Source: Bacteroidota bacterium (GTDB lineage Bacteria > Bacteroidota > Ignavibacteria > UBA10030 > UBA8401). Taken from it: a stretch of 64,000 bases of DNA. This document shows positions 26,677 to 36,815 of the stretch, in pieces (within the stretch, counting starts at the first letter, position 1; every line of letters starts with the position of its first letter). A model generated the notes under the pieces. That model did no database searches. It saw only the letters and a list, made by a program, of their open reading frames with translations, and was not told the DNA's origin. The stretch covers positions 1,169-65,168 of the forward strand of contig DATJXA010000066.1 in the NCBI GenBank assembly GCA_035500675.1. Direction: 5' to 3'. The translations under genes and the position numbers were made by a program.

Positions 26677-28812
26677 TTAATTTTTAAGCACATACCCCTC
26701 TTTTGTTTTTTCAAACACCCACTTGTAATTGCCGGAGTCGGAATTAACGGTCACTTGAACATCCTCTCCCACACGGCTGATCGACGCACCGCTGACAACG
26801 CGCTCGGCATCATCCTGATTTTTCACCGGTACAATGATCGTGGCGATGACGGACGTCGTCGCCTTGGCGTGCACGACGGTCTCTACATACGGTATCTCGG
26901 TGAGCCGGGCATCTTCGGTGACAGGAACGAACGGATCGCCGCCTTGGACAAGCGTGAAGGAGTTATCAAGCACCAAAGGTATCACTGCCATATTATGTCG
27001 CCTTTGGTCCGACATGTAGACATATTTATCCATCACAGTATACTCCCCGTTTTGGTTTGAACCAAACCTTGCCCCTCTTTCCGGACGCCGTGCACTCTCC
27101 ACGCCAACCCCGGGATGAATACGGGCCGCGATCTCGGCCCCGGGACGAGCATCGACCTCGTCAAAAACAACGGTCGTTACCGGTTTCTCCAGGATGACAC
27201 TGCGCCTCCATTTGAGCAGCTGCTTATCCGGATATGCGTGGGTCGGATCCATTGACACGTAGTCACGCTGAGCCCCCGTTTCAAATTTAAGGATGTCTCC
27301 GCCGATCCCTTTCAACCATGGCGTGTTTTTTTTCTTTGCTATGATTTGCTGCTCACCGTTGACGGAGATAACGTTGTGGCCGGCACTGGAAGCATATGGA
27401 TAGTCAAACCGGTCTTCGCTAAAATAAAATTCATCGTACCTCATCGGACCGAGGTCGCGGATGAACGGAACGCCGAACCAGCTTACGATAAACTGCCCGC
27501 AATCGAGATGTCCGTGGTGGGGATCGTCGTTATAGCCCGCTTTGCACGCGACGGTGACTGTCGAGGAGTCTAGAAAACTGCTTCGCAAGATCGCCCAGTT
27601 CACTGAGCGGAAAAATTTCGATTTTTGCTCAGGTTCAACGGGCTTTACGCCAGTGCGCGGCCAAATGAGGTCGAAAATCTCCGACCCCTGTCCCAAAAAC
27701 TTTTCTCTGTACCATGCGCCCAAATGACTGTCGGTCTCGTTGACAAGTTTATCGACCATCGCGGTCGGGCCAACGGGGTAGCCGCCTCCGTCTTCGAAAT
27801 TAGCAGTCAACCCGTACAACTCGAAATCGAGAGGATGGCTCGAAATGTTTTTGTTCCGGAACATGTTCTCACTACCGTTCGACAACCTTTTCAAGGCGTC
27901 CATAAAAAATACGCTTTCACGCATCATGTAGCCGTAATACCCGCGACCTTCCTGCCAGCCGCCATCTTCTCCGATGTGGCTGAATGTCGTATCCATGCGA
28001 TTGTCCACTTCGGCAACGACGTCGAGCAATTCCGGATTTTCTTTGAGAAGCGCCAATGCAGTGAGACCCAAACTGGAGTAGCAAATGTTCGACCAGTTAC
28101 ATTTATAAGCAGTCGACCACCAAAAATAATTATAGTTGCCGCGGACCCTCGTGATGGCTCTTTCCATGAGTCCGTTTCTGATTTTATCTCTCTCTGGTCG
28201 GGTCAGCACTGGATAAACCCAGTCGTACACGGTAGAAAGTGAGATGGCTTTTCCGGCAGCGGTGATGTCGTAAGAAAAAACGACTCTATCGTCCGGCACA
28301 TTCCAAGGCCAGACACGGGAATAAATGATGTCGAAGTGATGCGCCGGATTTACCCAATCGGGCCAATCGGCTATATCCATCGCAAACTCTATGGCCTTGT
28401 GTGCATACTTCTCATCGCCTGTCATTTGATACAAGAAAGCCAGCGTGCGCGCTCCTTCCTCAATGTCCGATTCATACTCCTCGGCGGGATCGCTGCCGAC
28501 ATAGCGCGTGTGCTTTGGATGCTGCGGCTCCGGCTCCTGGATCGGAACGCTTAAATACCGATGACCCTCCGCAAGAAGAGCATCATAGATCGTTTTACAT
28601 TCCGGATCTGTTTTGATCCTTTCCATGATACCGTGTTTGTCCTTGTCGTTGAAAAACAAGTAGGGATGCTGTAAACTGTGGATATCGATCTCGTTCGCGA
28701 GTTGTTCTTTAGTGACTTGCCCGCGACCCCGAGGAGAACATGCTGCAAATACGATAAAACACGTCACGATGATAAACAACTGCCTTCCCATTTTATCCAC
28801 ATGTTGTGACAT
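26677..28812 (-). CDS. Heparinase II/III-like protein (polysaccharide lyase-like, (alpha/alpha) toroid + beta-sandwich), probable lipoprotein
   Basis: 'NDDPHHGHLDCGQFIVSWFGVPFIRDLG' (Hepar_II_III box). The N-terminus 'FIVFAACS' is lipobox-like. 711 aa. Confidence 0.7.
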   Translation of the reverse strand: MSQHVDKMGRQLFIIVTCFIVFAACSPRGRGQVTKEQLANEIDIHSLQHPYLFFNDKDKHGIMERIKTDPECKTIYDALLAEGHRYLSVPIQEPEPQHPKHTRYVGSDPAEEYESDIEEGARTLAFLYQMTGDEKYAHKAIEFAMDIADWPDWVNPAHHFDIIYSRVWPWNVPDDRVVFSYDITAAGKAISLSTVYDWVYPVLTRPERDKIRNGLMERAITRVRGNYNYFWWSTAYKCNWSNICYSSLGLTALALLKENPELLDVVAEVDNRMDTTFSHIGEDGGWQEGRGYYGYMMRESVFFMDALKRLSNGSENMFRNKNISSHPLDFELYGLTANFEDGGGYPVGPTAMVDKLVNETDSHLGAWYREKFLGQGSEIFDLIWPRTGVKPVEPEQKSKFFRSVNWAILRSSFLDSSTVTVACKAGYNDDPHHGHLDCGQFIVSWFGVPFIRDLGPMRYDEFYFSEDRFDYPYASSAGHNVISVNGEQQIIAKKKNTPWLKGIGGDILKFETGAQRDYVSMDPTHAYPDKQLLKWRRSVILEKPVTTVVFDEVDARPGAEIAARIHPGVGVESARRPERGARFGSNQNGEYTVMDKYVYMSDQRRHNMAVIPLVLDNSFTLVQGGDPFVPVTEDARLTEIPYVETVVHAKATTSVIATIIVPVKNQDDAERVVSGASISRVGEDVQVTVNSDSGNYKWVFEKTKEGYVLKN

Positions 28813-28914
28813 TTGATTGACACCTCCGATCGAGGATGATGGTGCGCTGGACGGCCGTTCGCGAAACGAGCGGTTCTTATTGATTGCCCTGAGCAGTCAA
28901 ATGAGCAATATGCT

Positions 28915-30048
28915 CTAATCCTTCCGCACTGAAAACTTAAATAAAGTGATTGAATGGAATTTTTCTCCCGGCCGTAACACGGTGGACGGAAAATTTGGCC
29001 GATGCGGTGAGTCGGGGAAATGCTCCGTCTCAAGGCAAAAACCGTAGCTGCTTTCGTATTTTTTTCCGCTTTCTCCAGAAAACGTCCCATTCAGGCCGTG
29101 AGCTGTAAAAAATTGCACGCCCGGTTCGGTCGTAAAGACTTCCATTGTTCGTCCGCTTTCCCGTTCGAACACTGTGGCCGCCAACCCCAATTGATTCAAC
29201 GGATGGTTAAGAACAAAATTATTATCGTATCCTTGAGGAAGAAGCATTGACGATCCGATTGCGCGTGGAGTGCGGAAATCATACGGCGTGCCGGCAACAT
29301 CTTTGATCTCTCCGGTCGGGATCCCTTCATCATCAACTGGGGTATATTTGTCTGCGCGAATCGTCATCTGATGCCGAAGAACGTCGCCGTTCCCTTCGCC
29401 CGCAAGGTTGAAGTAGCAATGATTCGTAAAGTTCACAACGGTCGGCTTGTCGGTCGTAGCATAGTAATCGATCCGCAATGCATTTTCATTCGTCAAAGTG
29501 TAAACGACCGTGACGCTAAGGTTGCCCGGGAACCCTTCGTGGCCGTCGGGACTCAGGTGAGTCAACTGAAGCGACGGGCCTTCGTTAGTCATCGAATCCG
29601 TAGCGTTCCAGACAATTTTGTCGAACCCTATCGCTCCTCCGTGGATCGTATTTTTGTGATGGCTGTTGACAGTAAGATGATATGTCATGCTATCCAACGT
29701 AAACGAGGCATTTGCTATCCTGTTTGAAAAACGGCCGATCAGTGCGCCAAAATGCGGGTTGCTTCTAAAGTAATTCTGGACGCTATCGAGGCCTAAAACA
29801 ACATTAGCTAATTTACGATTCCTGTCGGGAACATAAAGACGATAAATCACGCCTCCAAAATTGGAGATCTCTGCGACCATTCCATCGTCGTTCTTGAGAG
29901 TAAATAAGTACACGTCTTTATTGTCTTTCTGGCAGCATAATTCTTTTTTAATTTCCCCTTTTGAAAAACATACTCCCTGAACGAGGAACGAACAGAGAAT
30001 GAACAAGAACATAGGGCGGCGACTTATAGCGCCAAGGGAGGTTGTCAT
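28915..30048 (-). CDS. galM: Aldose 1-epimerase (galactose mutarotase family) with N-terminal signal-like segment
   Basis: The ATG at 30048 gives 'MTTSLGAISRRPMFLFILCSFLVQGVCFS'. 'FGALIGRFSNRIANASFTLD', 'NTIHGG' and 'YGFCLETEHFPDSPHRPNFPSTVLRPGE' are classic mutarotase boxes. Confidence 0.85.
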   Translation of the reverse strand: MTTSLGAISRRPMFLFILCSFLVQGVCFSKGEIKKELCCQKDNKDVYLFTLKNDDGMVAEISNFGGVIYRLYVPDRNRKLANVVLGLDSVQNYFRSNPHFGALIGRFSNRIANASFTLDSMTYHLTVNSHHKNTIHGGAIGFDKIVWNATDSMTNEGPSLQLTHLSPDGHEGFPGNLSVTVVYTLTNENALRIDYYATTDKPTVVNFTNHCYFNLAGEGNGDVLRHQMTIRADKYTPVDDEGIPTGEIKDVAGTPYDFRTPRAIGSSMLLPQGYDNNFVLNHPLNQLGLAATVFERESGRTMEVFTTEPGVQFFTAHGLNGTFSGESGKKYESSYGFCLETEHFPDSPHRPNFPSTVLRPGEKFHSITLFKFSVRKD

Positions 30049-30206
30049 GTTTTTTTCTCGTGGTCGATTTTGCAGACGCTTAACGAGAAGCGCTGCGGTC
30101 GGACTCATATGCGAGACAGTGTATCGGCACAATTAGTAGGTGCCTCGTGGCTGATGCGGTCTTTTCTTCCGCAATCTGTTTGGAAAATTCCTCCGGTGTT
30201 GAACTC

Positions 30207-31886
30207 CTATCGAAAGATGTAGTATAACACGATAAATGCGCCGACGACCAATCCGGCGAATAATTTGTAGTTACTCATGAGCGTTCCGTCAAATTTACGC
30301 ATCAGTGGTTCCCTCCAGTTTTCCCAAACCAGTTCTTTGGCTTCGTCTTTCAACTCTTCAGGCCGCCAAAGAGACACGGCAACGATAATGACGCTGCAAA
30401 GGACCAGCAGATAAAACGCCGTCATCATAAAGTTGCCTTGATAAATACCGTTCCAGTCCAGGAGAAACATGCCAAAACCGATCACAGCGCCGGTCACGAG
30501 CGTGGTGTACGCCGCGCGCCCTGTCGCCTTACGCCAGAATACTCCAAACAGAAATACTGCCGTGATCGGAGGGGCAATGTACGATATCAATTTGTTCAGC
30601 CCTTCGATGATCGTACTGTAGTGTCCGAAAATCGGGGATAGGACGATCGCCAGAACGGTGGCGACCACGGTGGTAATTTTTCCGATGACAACCAGCGAAT
30701 GGTCCGTTGTCGCGGGGCGATATCGTTTAAAAATATCGAATGCGAAAAGTGTCGCCGTTGAGTTGAGCGCTCCGGAACACGTTTGCATTGCCGCTGCAAG
30801 CATTGCCGCGGCGATGAGACCTTTCAACCCGACCGGTAACAGGTGCATGATCATGAACGTGTACGTATCTGCCGTTGCTTCGGGGGCGGCTCCGCCGAAA
30901 GCGTGGTTCTGCACGAGCGCTACACAGATCACTCCGGGAAGTACGAACAGGAAGACGGGAAGAATTTTCAACAGTGCGCAGAAGAGCGGCCCAAGCCGGG
31001 CCTGTGTTTCGTCTTTTGCTGCGAGCACCCGTTGGACAATCGTCTGGTCTGCGCACCAGTACCAGATGCCGAGCACCGGATAACCCAAAAGAATTGAATA
31101 CCATGGCAGCCCGGAAGGGTCTCCGTTGAATCGCATCATATGAAGAAAGTTTCCGGTTCCCCACGTGATGCCACTCCCCGCAACATTTTGCATCGGATGC
31201 GGGTGGGTTGCAAGAGTATTCACTAATGCCGACCAGCCGCCAATCTTGATATACCCCACGACAGTAATGCAAAGAGCTCCGATAAGAAGCAGGACGGTCT
31301 GTACGCTCTCCGTCATGACGACTGCGAGCAATCCGCCGATCATCGTATAGATGCCAGTCAGTATCCCAAGGATGGCAATAAAAAAGAAAAGTGCATCGAT
31401 GCCGAAGATCGTCGCATCCGGAGGAAGTCCCGTAATTCCGCGCAGCACCCACGCTGCCGTATACAGCGCAACGCCGATATGAATAACGATCGCGGATATG
31501 ATCGAAACAATCGCGAGCCAATCGCGGCATTTTCGCGAATAGCGGCGTTCAAGATAATCCGGAAGCGTCGGAACTTTCGAGCGAAGATAAAGGGGGGCAA
31601 AGAACAACGATAACAGCACGAGAGTGAAGCCGGCCATCCATTCGAAGTTTCCGTAGATCAAACCGTATTTGTACGCGGATTCGGCAAGGCTGACAAGGTG
31701 AACCGTTGAAATATTTGCGGCAAACATCGCCAATCCGATCACCGGCCAGGTAAGCGTGTTGCCCGCCAAAAAATAATGTCTCCCCTCCCCCCCTTTCTTA
31801 CGCTGCCTGCCTGCCCAGATCCCCATTCCCACAATGCCTGCGAGATACAAAATGATGATCGCGTAATCCACTTCGCTAATGTTCAT
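30207..31886 (-). CDS. Sodium:solute symporter (SSF/SGLT family)
   Basis: A 559-aa polytopic protein. 'HYFLAGNTLTWPVIGLAMFAANISTVHLV' and 'ADQTIVQRVLAAKD' are typical SSF segments. Confidence 0.85.
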   Translation of the reverse strand: MNISEVDYAIIILYLAGIVGMGIWAGRQRKKGGEGRHYFLAGNTLTWPVIGLAMFAANISTVHLVSLAESAYKYGLIYGNFEWMAGFTLVLLSLFFAPLYLRSKVPTLPDYLERRYSRKCRDWLAIVSIISAIVIHIGVALYTAAWVLRGITGLPPDATIFGIDALFFFIAILGILTGIYTMIGGLLAVVMTESVQTVLLLIGALCITVVGYIKIGGWSALVNTLATHPHPMQNVAGSGITWGTGNFLHMMRFNGDPSGLPWYSILLGYPVLGIWYWCADQTIVQRVLAAKDETQARLGPLFCALLKILPVFLFVLPGVICVALVQNHAFGGAAPEATADTYTFMIMHLLPVGLKGLIAAAMLAAAMQTCSGALNSTATLFAFDIFKRYRPATTDHSLVVIGKITTVVATVLAIVLSPIFGHYSTIIEGLNKLISYIAPPITAVFLFGVFWRKATGRAAYTTLVTGAVIGFGMFLLDWNGIYQGNFMMTAFYLLVLCSVIIVAVSLWRPEELKDEAKELVWENWREPLMRKFDGTLMSNYKLFAGLVVGAFIVLYYIFR

Positions 31887-31902
31887 TACAACTCCTTGTT
31901 CA

Positions 31903-32658
31903 CTAGTTTGTGTGGAAAACGATCTTCATTTCCTGCCAGGGCGCTTTCAGAAACGCGTTCAATCTATCGTTCAATTTTGCCCATGCCGGATCATCTTTGA
32001 GAGATTGAAGGTCGCTGTTCCAATGTGCGCCGTCGTATTCGGAATAACTATAGAGGGATCCATCTTTGAAATAGATATGGACGTTCCCTAAATGCGCTTT
32101 TCTCAGAAACGGAAGGATCTCGGCCCCGTTCTCTTTAAAAAAATCGGCCAGGCCAGTTGCTTCCTTCGATTTTGCCTGGGAGACGTATGCGAGGCGTTGC
32201 ACTTCAATTTGCGGAACGACGGACGTATCCGCTGCGAACACTTCTTCCATCGACGCCCACCATTCTCCCTTCTTCCTCGTCGGCAACGGCTCTTGCATCG
32301 GGTCGGTGAGCTTCCACCATTCTTTCGTTGTTGTATCGGCGATAGCTTTCATATCTCCGTTGTAGTCCGCTCCTACGTACTCGAAGTACGAAAAAAGGAT
32401 ACCGTCCTTTAGGAAGATGGAATAATTGCGCAAGTTGGATCTACGGATACGGTCGAGCACACCGGGGAATACATGTTTATGGAGAATGATATACCGTTCC
32501 TCGTACTCCGGCCGTACCTTTATCAGGCTTCCCAAACGAAATGTGATTGTTTCCGGTTTCACACTTGCCCCCTTGTCTTGAGATTTCATCGGATGGAACC
32601 AGAAGAGAATGAGCAGCAAGATGAAAACAGCCGACACATTGCGCATGAGCTTTCGCAC
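31903..32658 (-). CDS. Tandem L-rhamnose-mutarotase-like (RhaM / Dabb fold) protein with N-terminal hydrophobic segment
   Basis: Domain 1, 'YEERYIILHKHVFPGVLDRIRRSNLRNYSIFLKDGILFSYFEY...TKEWWKLTDPMQEP', parallels E. coli YiiL/RhaM. Domain 2, 'FFKENGAEILPFLRKAHLGNVHIYFKDGSLYSYSEY', is more divergent. The N-terminus is 'VSAVFILLLILFWF'. Confidence 0.7.
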   Translation of the reverse strand: MRKLMRNVSAVFILLLILFWFHPMKSQDKGASVKPETITFRLGSLIKVRPEYEERYIILHKHVFPGVLDRIRRSNLRNYSIFLKDGILFSYFEYVGADYNGDMKAIADTTTKEWWKLTDPMQEPLPTRKKGEWWASMEEVFAADTSVVPQIEVQRLAYVSQAKSKEATGLADFFKENGAEILPFLRKAHLGNVHIYFKDGSLYSYSEYDGAHWNSDLQSLKDDPAWAKLNDRLNAFLKAPWQEMKIVFHTN

Positions 32659-32706
32659 GATACCTCCTTTGCATAAAATGATTTTCGTTGTCTCATCATG
32701 TGTTGA

Positions 32707-34542
32707 TTATTTGCCATACAGAGGTCCGAAAAGAGAGCAGGCGCGATAATCGGCGCCCTCAAGATCGGCGGTACCGAGGCCGCTCCATGCGCTGGGCCGG
32801 AAAATCCTATCAGCCGAAACGTTATGCATATTCACCGGTATCCTGAGGATAGACGCAAGGGTGATCAGGGCGTCCCCGATGTGGCCATAACTGATCGCGC
32901 CATGGTTCGCCCCCCAATTCGCCATTACCGAATACACGTCGGAAAATGCACCGTGGCCCGTAAGAATCGGAGCGAACCATGTGGTCGGCCAAGTTGGACT
33001 CGTCCTCTTATTGAGAATGGTGTGCACGCTATCCGGCAATGTTGCCGTGTATCCTTCTGCAATTTGAAGAACTGGCCCAAGGCCTTTGACCAGATTGATG
33101 CGCGACATCGTTATCGGCATGTCTCCCTCGGTCAGGAACTGCGAAGAATATCCTCCGCCCCGAAAATATTCAAGCTCCGCCGGACACCATTTCGTCGCAT
33201 CGAGACAGGCTCGTGCTTCTTCGGCGGAGATTTCCCAAAAAGGCTTCATTGCGGGCTTACCGTTTTTCCGTTGGCGTCCGGTGCCATCCAGCGCAGACGA
33301 GCCTGAGTTAATGAGGTGGAGAATGCCGGCCGCAGCACGACCTGTAAGCTCTTTTCCGCTCACTCTTTTTACTGAAGCAGGGCTCCAATATGTCCGAACA
33401 TCGGAGAAAATTTGGGGAGTATTGCTGAGAAGATGGCCGAACATCATTGTTGCTCCGTTGAGGCTATCGTTCTCCGTCGCAACAAGAAACGCCTGCCGGA
33501 TACCGTTCCAATCGAACGATGAATTAAGCATCGCCTCCAAAAAATCGCCGTTCGGAAAATGGTCGGTCCATTGACGCTGCCCTTGGAATCCGGATGCAAG
33601 CGCGTTATGTCCTAACGCTTCTTCGCCGTATCCCAACTCCGCCAGCCGAGGGTTGCCGACCATGAGATCGCGAACGATCATGGCCATTTTTATCACAGTT
33701 TCCCAGTCGCGATCTTTCCGCTGTCGTGAGAGCTGCTTCGAGGCATGGTTGATGTCCTCTCCTTCTTTGCAGTGCGCCCTTACCCATGGGAGGGCGTGCG
33801 CAAATTCTTCCTTGTCGTAAATCTCCTCATCGATGCGGCGGGTTATCTCTGTCATGTCGACGAATTCAGTTCTCATCCCCAGATAATCATGAAAGAAGTC
33901 GGGGTCAACGATCGAGCCGGCAATACCCATCGACACCGACCCGACGGATAAATAGGAATTCCCTTTCATGCTCGCGGCTGCAAGCGCTGCCTGGCCGAAC
34001 AATAAGAGCTTTCGTTTCACGTCGTCGGGGATCGTAGTATCTTTTTGATCTTGAACATCCTGGCCATAAATTGAAAAAGCGGGCAGCCCCTTTTGCGCAT
34101 AGCCGGCCATTGCCGCGGCTAAATACACCGCTCCGGGACGCTCGGTGCCGTTGAACCCCCACACGGCCTTTGGCAAATGAGGATCCGAATCCATCACTTC
34201 GGTCCCGTAACACCAGCATGGCGTGACCGTCAACGATACCCCAACTCCTTCGCGCGAGAATTTTTTCGAGGCGTCCATTGCCTCGGCCACACCCCCGATA
34301 CATGTGTCAGCAATAACGCACTCAACCGGCAATCCGCTGGGATGGCGCAGATTCTTCGTCAACAATTCAGCGGCCGACTTTGCCATGGCCATCGTTTGCT
34401 GCTCCAACGCCTCCCTCACGCCTTTACGCCGGCCATCGATGACCGGACGAATTCCGATCTTTGGCAGACTTGTATGAAGCCTGTGCGTTGGAGGATTTGT
34501 TCGAAGCTCGTTTACAGTCATTTTATTCTCCTGGGTTTTCAT
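32707..34542 (-). CDS. fucI: L-fucose isomerase
   Basis: '[22 protein letters not shown]' closely matches the E. coli FucI N-terminus. The ~600-aa length is appropriate. Confidence 0.9.
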   Translation of the reverse strand: MKTQENKMTVNELRTNPPTHRLHTSLPKIGIRPVIDGRRKGVREALEQQTMAMAKSAAELLTKNLRHPSGLPVECVIADTCIGGVAEAMDASKKFSREGVGVSLTVTPCWCYGTEVMDSDPHLPKAVWGFNGTERPGAVYLAAAMAGYAQKGLPAFSIYGQDVQDQKDTTIPDDVKRKLLLFGQAALAAASMKGNSYLSVGSVSMGIAGSIVDPDFFHDYLGMRTEFVDMTEITRRIDEEIYDKEEFAHALPWVRAHCKEGEDINHASKQLSRQRKDRDWETVIKMAMIVRDLMVGNPRLAELGYGEEALGHNALASGFQGQRQWTDHFPNGDFLEAMLNSSFDWNGIRQAFLVATENDSLNGATMMFGHLLSNTPQIFSDVRTYWSPASVKRVSGKELTGRAAAGILHLINSGSSALDGTGRQRKNGKPAMKPFWEISAEEARACLDATKWCPAELEYFRGGGYSSQFLTEGDMPITMSRINLVKGLGPVLQIAEGYTATLPDSVHTILNKRTSPTWPTTWFAPILTGHGAFSDVYSVMANWGANHGAISYGHIGDALITLASILRIPVNMHNVSADRIFRPSAWSGLGTADLEGADYRACSLFGPLYGK

Positions 34543-34613
34543 TTTCGTATCGATGAAACTTGTCGATCGAGTGTACGTTCTCGAGGGTCGATGAATGGCA
34601 AACCTGCATCGGC

Positions 34614-36815
34614 CTATCGCATGAAGGCGTCCGGCAAGCCGCCGTCCACGTTCATGATTTGTCCGGTTGTCTTGGTCAGTCGGCCGGATATGAATAAGAA
34701 AACAGCTTCTGCCTGGTCTGCGATCGTTATGGGCTGCTTGGTCAGAGTGCGGTCGGCGTAGAATTTTGCCAGCTTGTTGCGTAACGCCGAGTCCGATTCG
34801 GATTCAGAATATTGGATATTGTATTTTGCGAGAGAGGCGATGACCCGCTCGCGCGGAAACATCGTGCTCCCCTCGATGACCGTCGCCGGTGCGACGCCGT
34901 TCACCCGAACAAGCGGCGACAATTCGATCGCCAGTTCCCGCACGAGGTGATTCGCGGCGGTTTTGCTCGTGTCGTATGCGACGCTCCCTTTTTTCGGCAC
35001 CACGGCATTGACGCTTGTCGTGAGCACAAGATTTGCAGGAAGGTTTTGCTCCCGCCAAACTTTTGCCGATTCATCCGCAACTAGATATCCGCCCATGACG
35101 TTAATGGCAAACGTTTGCGTCCATTGTCTGTCTTCAATATGTCCAGATTTATCGGGGGGAACAAAAATTCCCGCAGTCACCACGACGGCATCGATTCCGC
35201 CGTATGCCAGGATCGCTTCATCGAGCATCGCGCGAATTGAATCCCGCATCGTGATGTCCGCCGTTAAACCCACGGCCGGTCCGCACCCCGAAATGCCCAT
35301 GCCCGCGACACCTATTCCAGCCCCTTGCTCTGCAATGATTTCGTCAGCGGCAGCTGTTGAGGTTTCTTTGTGCATGTCAACGCACACAATGTGAGCGCCT
35401 TCTTTTGCGAGACGTTTTGAAACTCCTTTTCCAATGCCGCTCCCGGCTCCGATAACGGCAACAATCTGTCGGGCAAGTTCTTTTTCGGGAGGCATGCGGC
35501 GGAGCTTTGCTTCTTCGAGCAGCCAGTATTCGATGTCGAAAGCCTCCTGCTGCGGAAGAGATGTGTAACTGTCGATCGCTTCCGCGCCGCGCATCACTTC
35601 GATTGCACAGTTATAGAATTCTGCAGTCACGCGAGATTCGCTCTTGCTTTTTCCCCAAGCGATCATTCCAAGTCCGGGAATTAAAATAACGGTAGGGTTC
35701 GGGTCGCGCATGGCCGGAGAATCAGGATGTTTGCAGCGGTCATAGTATGCCGCGTAATCCTGCCGGTATTTCATAAGGCCATCGATCAAATTTTTTTTCA
35801 ACCCGTCAATGGTGTGACGTTGAGGATCCCAACTGACATAAAGGGGTTTGATCTTCGTACGGAGGAAATGGTCCGGGCATGAAGTGCCGAGCTCCGCTAG
35901 GCGCGGAGCATCGACGCTGTTGACAAACCGAAGCGCCGCTTCGTCGTCCTGCACGGTTCCGAGAAATCGTCTCTGCTGACTCACCTGTCCGCGAAGCCAC
36001 GGCAGGATCTGAATGAATGCCTCGCGCCGTTTTCCCGCCTCAAGAGATCGATATCGAGGTCCGCCAAAAGTGTTCTCACCTTTGTCGTGCTGAACAATAT
36101 ACTTTGCTGCGCGCTCGATGAGTTCCAACGTGAGATCATAGCATGCCTTGTCGTCATCCGCCCAGTTGATCAGGCCGTGCTGACCAAGGACAACGCCTTT
36201 GGTTTCGGTGTGCTGCCGGCAGACATCTTGAAGTTTCAACCCCAGATCGAACCCCGGTCTTTGCCACGGGAGCCACAGGACGTCATCGCCATAAATTCTT
36301 TTTGTGAGCTCCTTGGCATTCTTCGAAGCCGCGATAGCAATGACTGCATTTGGATGCATGTGGTCGACATGCTTATGAGGAATGAACGAATGGAGCGGCG
36401 TGTCGATGGAAGGGGCGCGAGGATTAAGGTTGAACGTGCAGTGAGCATACATTCCCACCATCGCATCTTCGGATTCGGTTTTAGGCCCGCGATCGGGCAT
36501 TTTCGAATATACCGCCTGAAGTGAATGGAGTTTTTCCTGGTACAGCGACGAGAAATTTTCCTTCTTCGAGGTCCGCAGATCTCCCCCGGAGCCTTTCACC
36601 CAGAGCACTTCCACTGGCTGTTTTGTGAGCGGGTCCTGTTCCATAATTTTGGAGGATGTGTTCCCGCCGCCGCTGTTTGTGATGCGTTGGTCGGATCCGA
36701 GCAAGTTCGACCGGTAGACGAGTTTACCGACCGGGTCAAGTCCCGCCGCGTCGTTTTCAATCCATCGGTGATCGACAAATTTAAAGGAGGTTTTTTTATT
36801 TGCGCTAATTGTCAT
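34614..36815 (-). CDS. Bifunctional class II aldolase / short-chain dehydrogenase (RhaEW / YuxG type: rhamnulose-1-P aldolase + lactaldehyde dehydrogenase)
   Basis: ATG at 36815 (MTISANKK...). '[24 protein letters not shown]' is the YuxG-type N-terminus. The SDR half has '[13 protein letters not shown]' (Rossmann) and 'YDTSK' (YxxxK). Confidence 0.8.
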   Translation of the reverse strand: MTISANKKTSFKFVDHRWIENDAAGLDPVGKLVYRSNLLGSDQRITNSGGGNTSSKIMEQDPLTKQPVEVLWVKGSGGDLRTSKKENFSSLYQEKLHSLQAVYSKMPDRGPKTESEDAMVGMYAHCTFNLNPRAPSIDTPLHSFIPHKHVDHMHPNAVIAIAASKNAKELTKRIYGDDVLWLPWQRPGFDLGLKLQDVCRQHTETKGVVLGQHGLINWADDDKACYDLTLELIERAAKYIVQHDKGENTFGGPRYRSLEAGKRREAFIQILPWLRGQVSQQRRFLGTVQDDEAALRFVNSVDAPRLAELGTSCPDHFLRTKIKPLYVSWDPQRHTIDGLKKNLIDGLMKYRQDYAAYYDRCKHPDSPAMRDPNPTVILIPGLGMIAWGKSKSESRVTAEFYNCAIEVMRGAEAIDSYTSLPQQEAFDIEYWLLEEAKLRRMPPEKELARQIVAVIGAGSGIGKGVSKRLAKEGAHIVCVDMHKETSTAAADEIIAEQGAGIGVAGMGISGCGPAVGLTADITMRDSIRAMLDEAILAYGGIDAVVVTAGIFVPPDKSGHIEDRQWTQTFAINVMGGYLVADESAKVWREQNLPANLVLTTSVNAVVPKKGSVAYDTSKTAANHLVRELAIELSPLVRVNGVAPATVIEGSTMFPRERVIASLAKYNIQYSESESDSALRNKLAKFYADRTLTKQPITIADQAEAVFLFISGRLTKTTGQIMNVDGGLPDAFMR

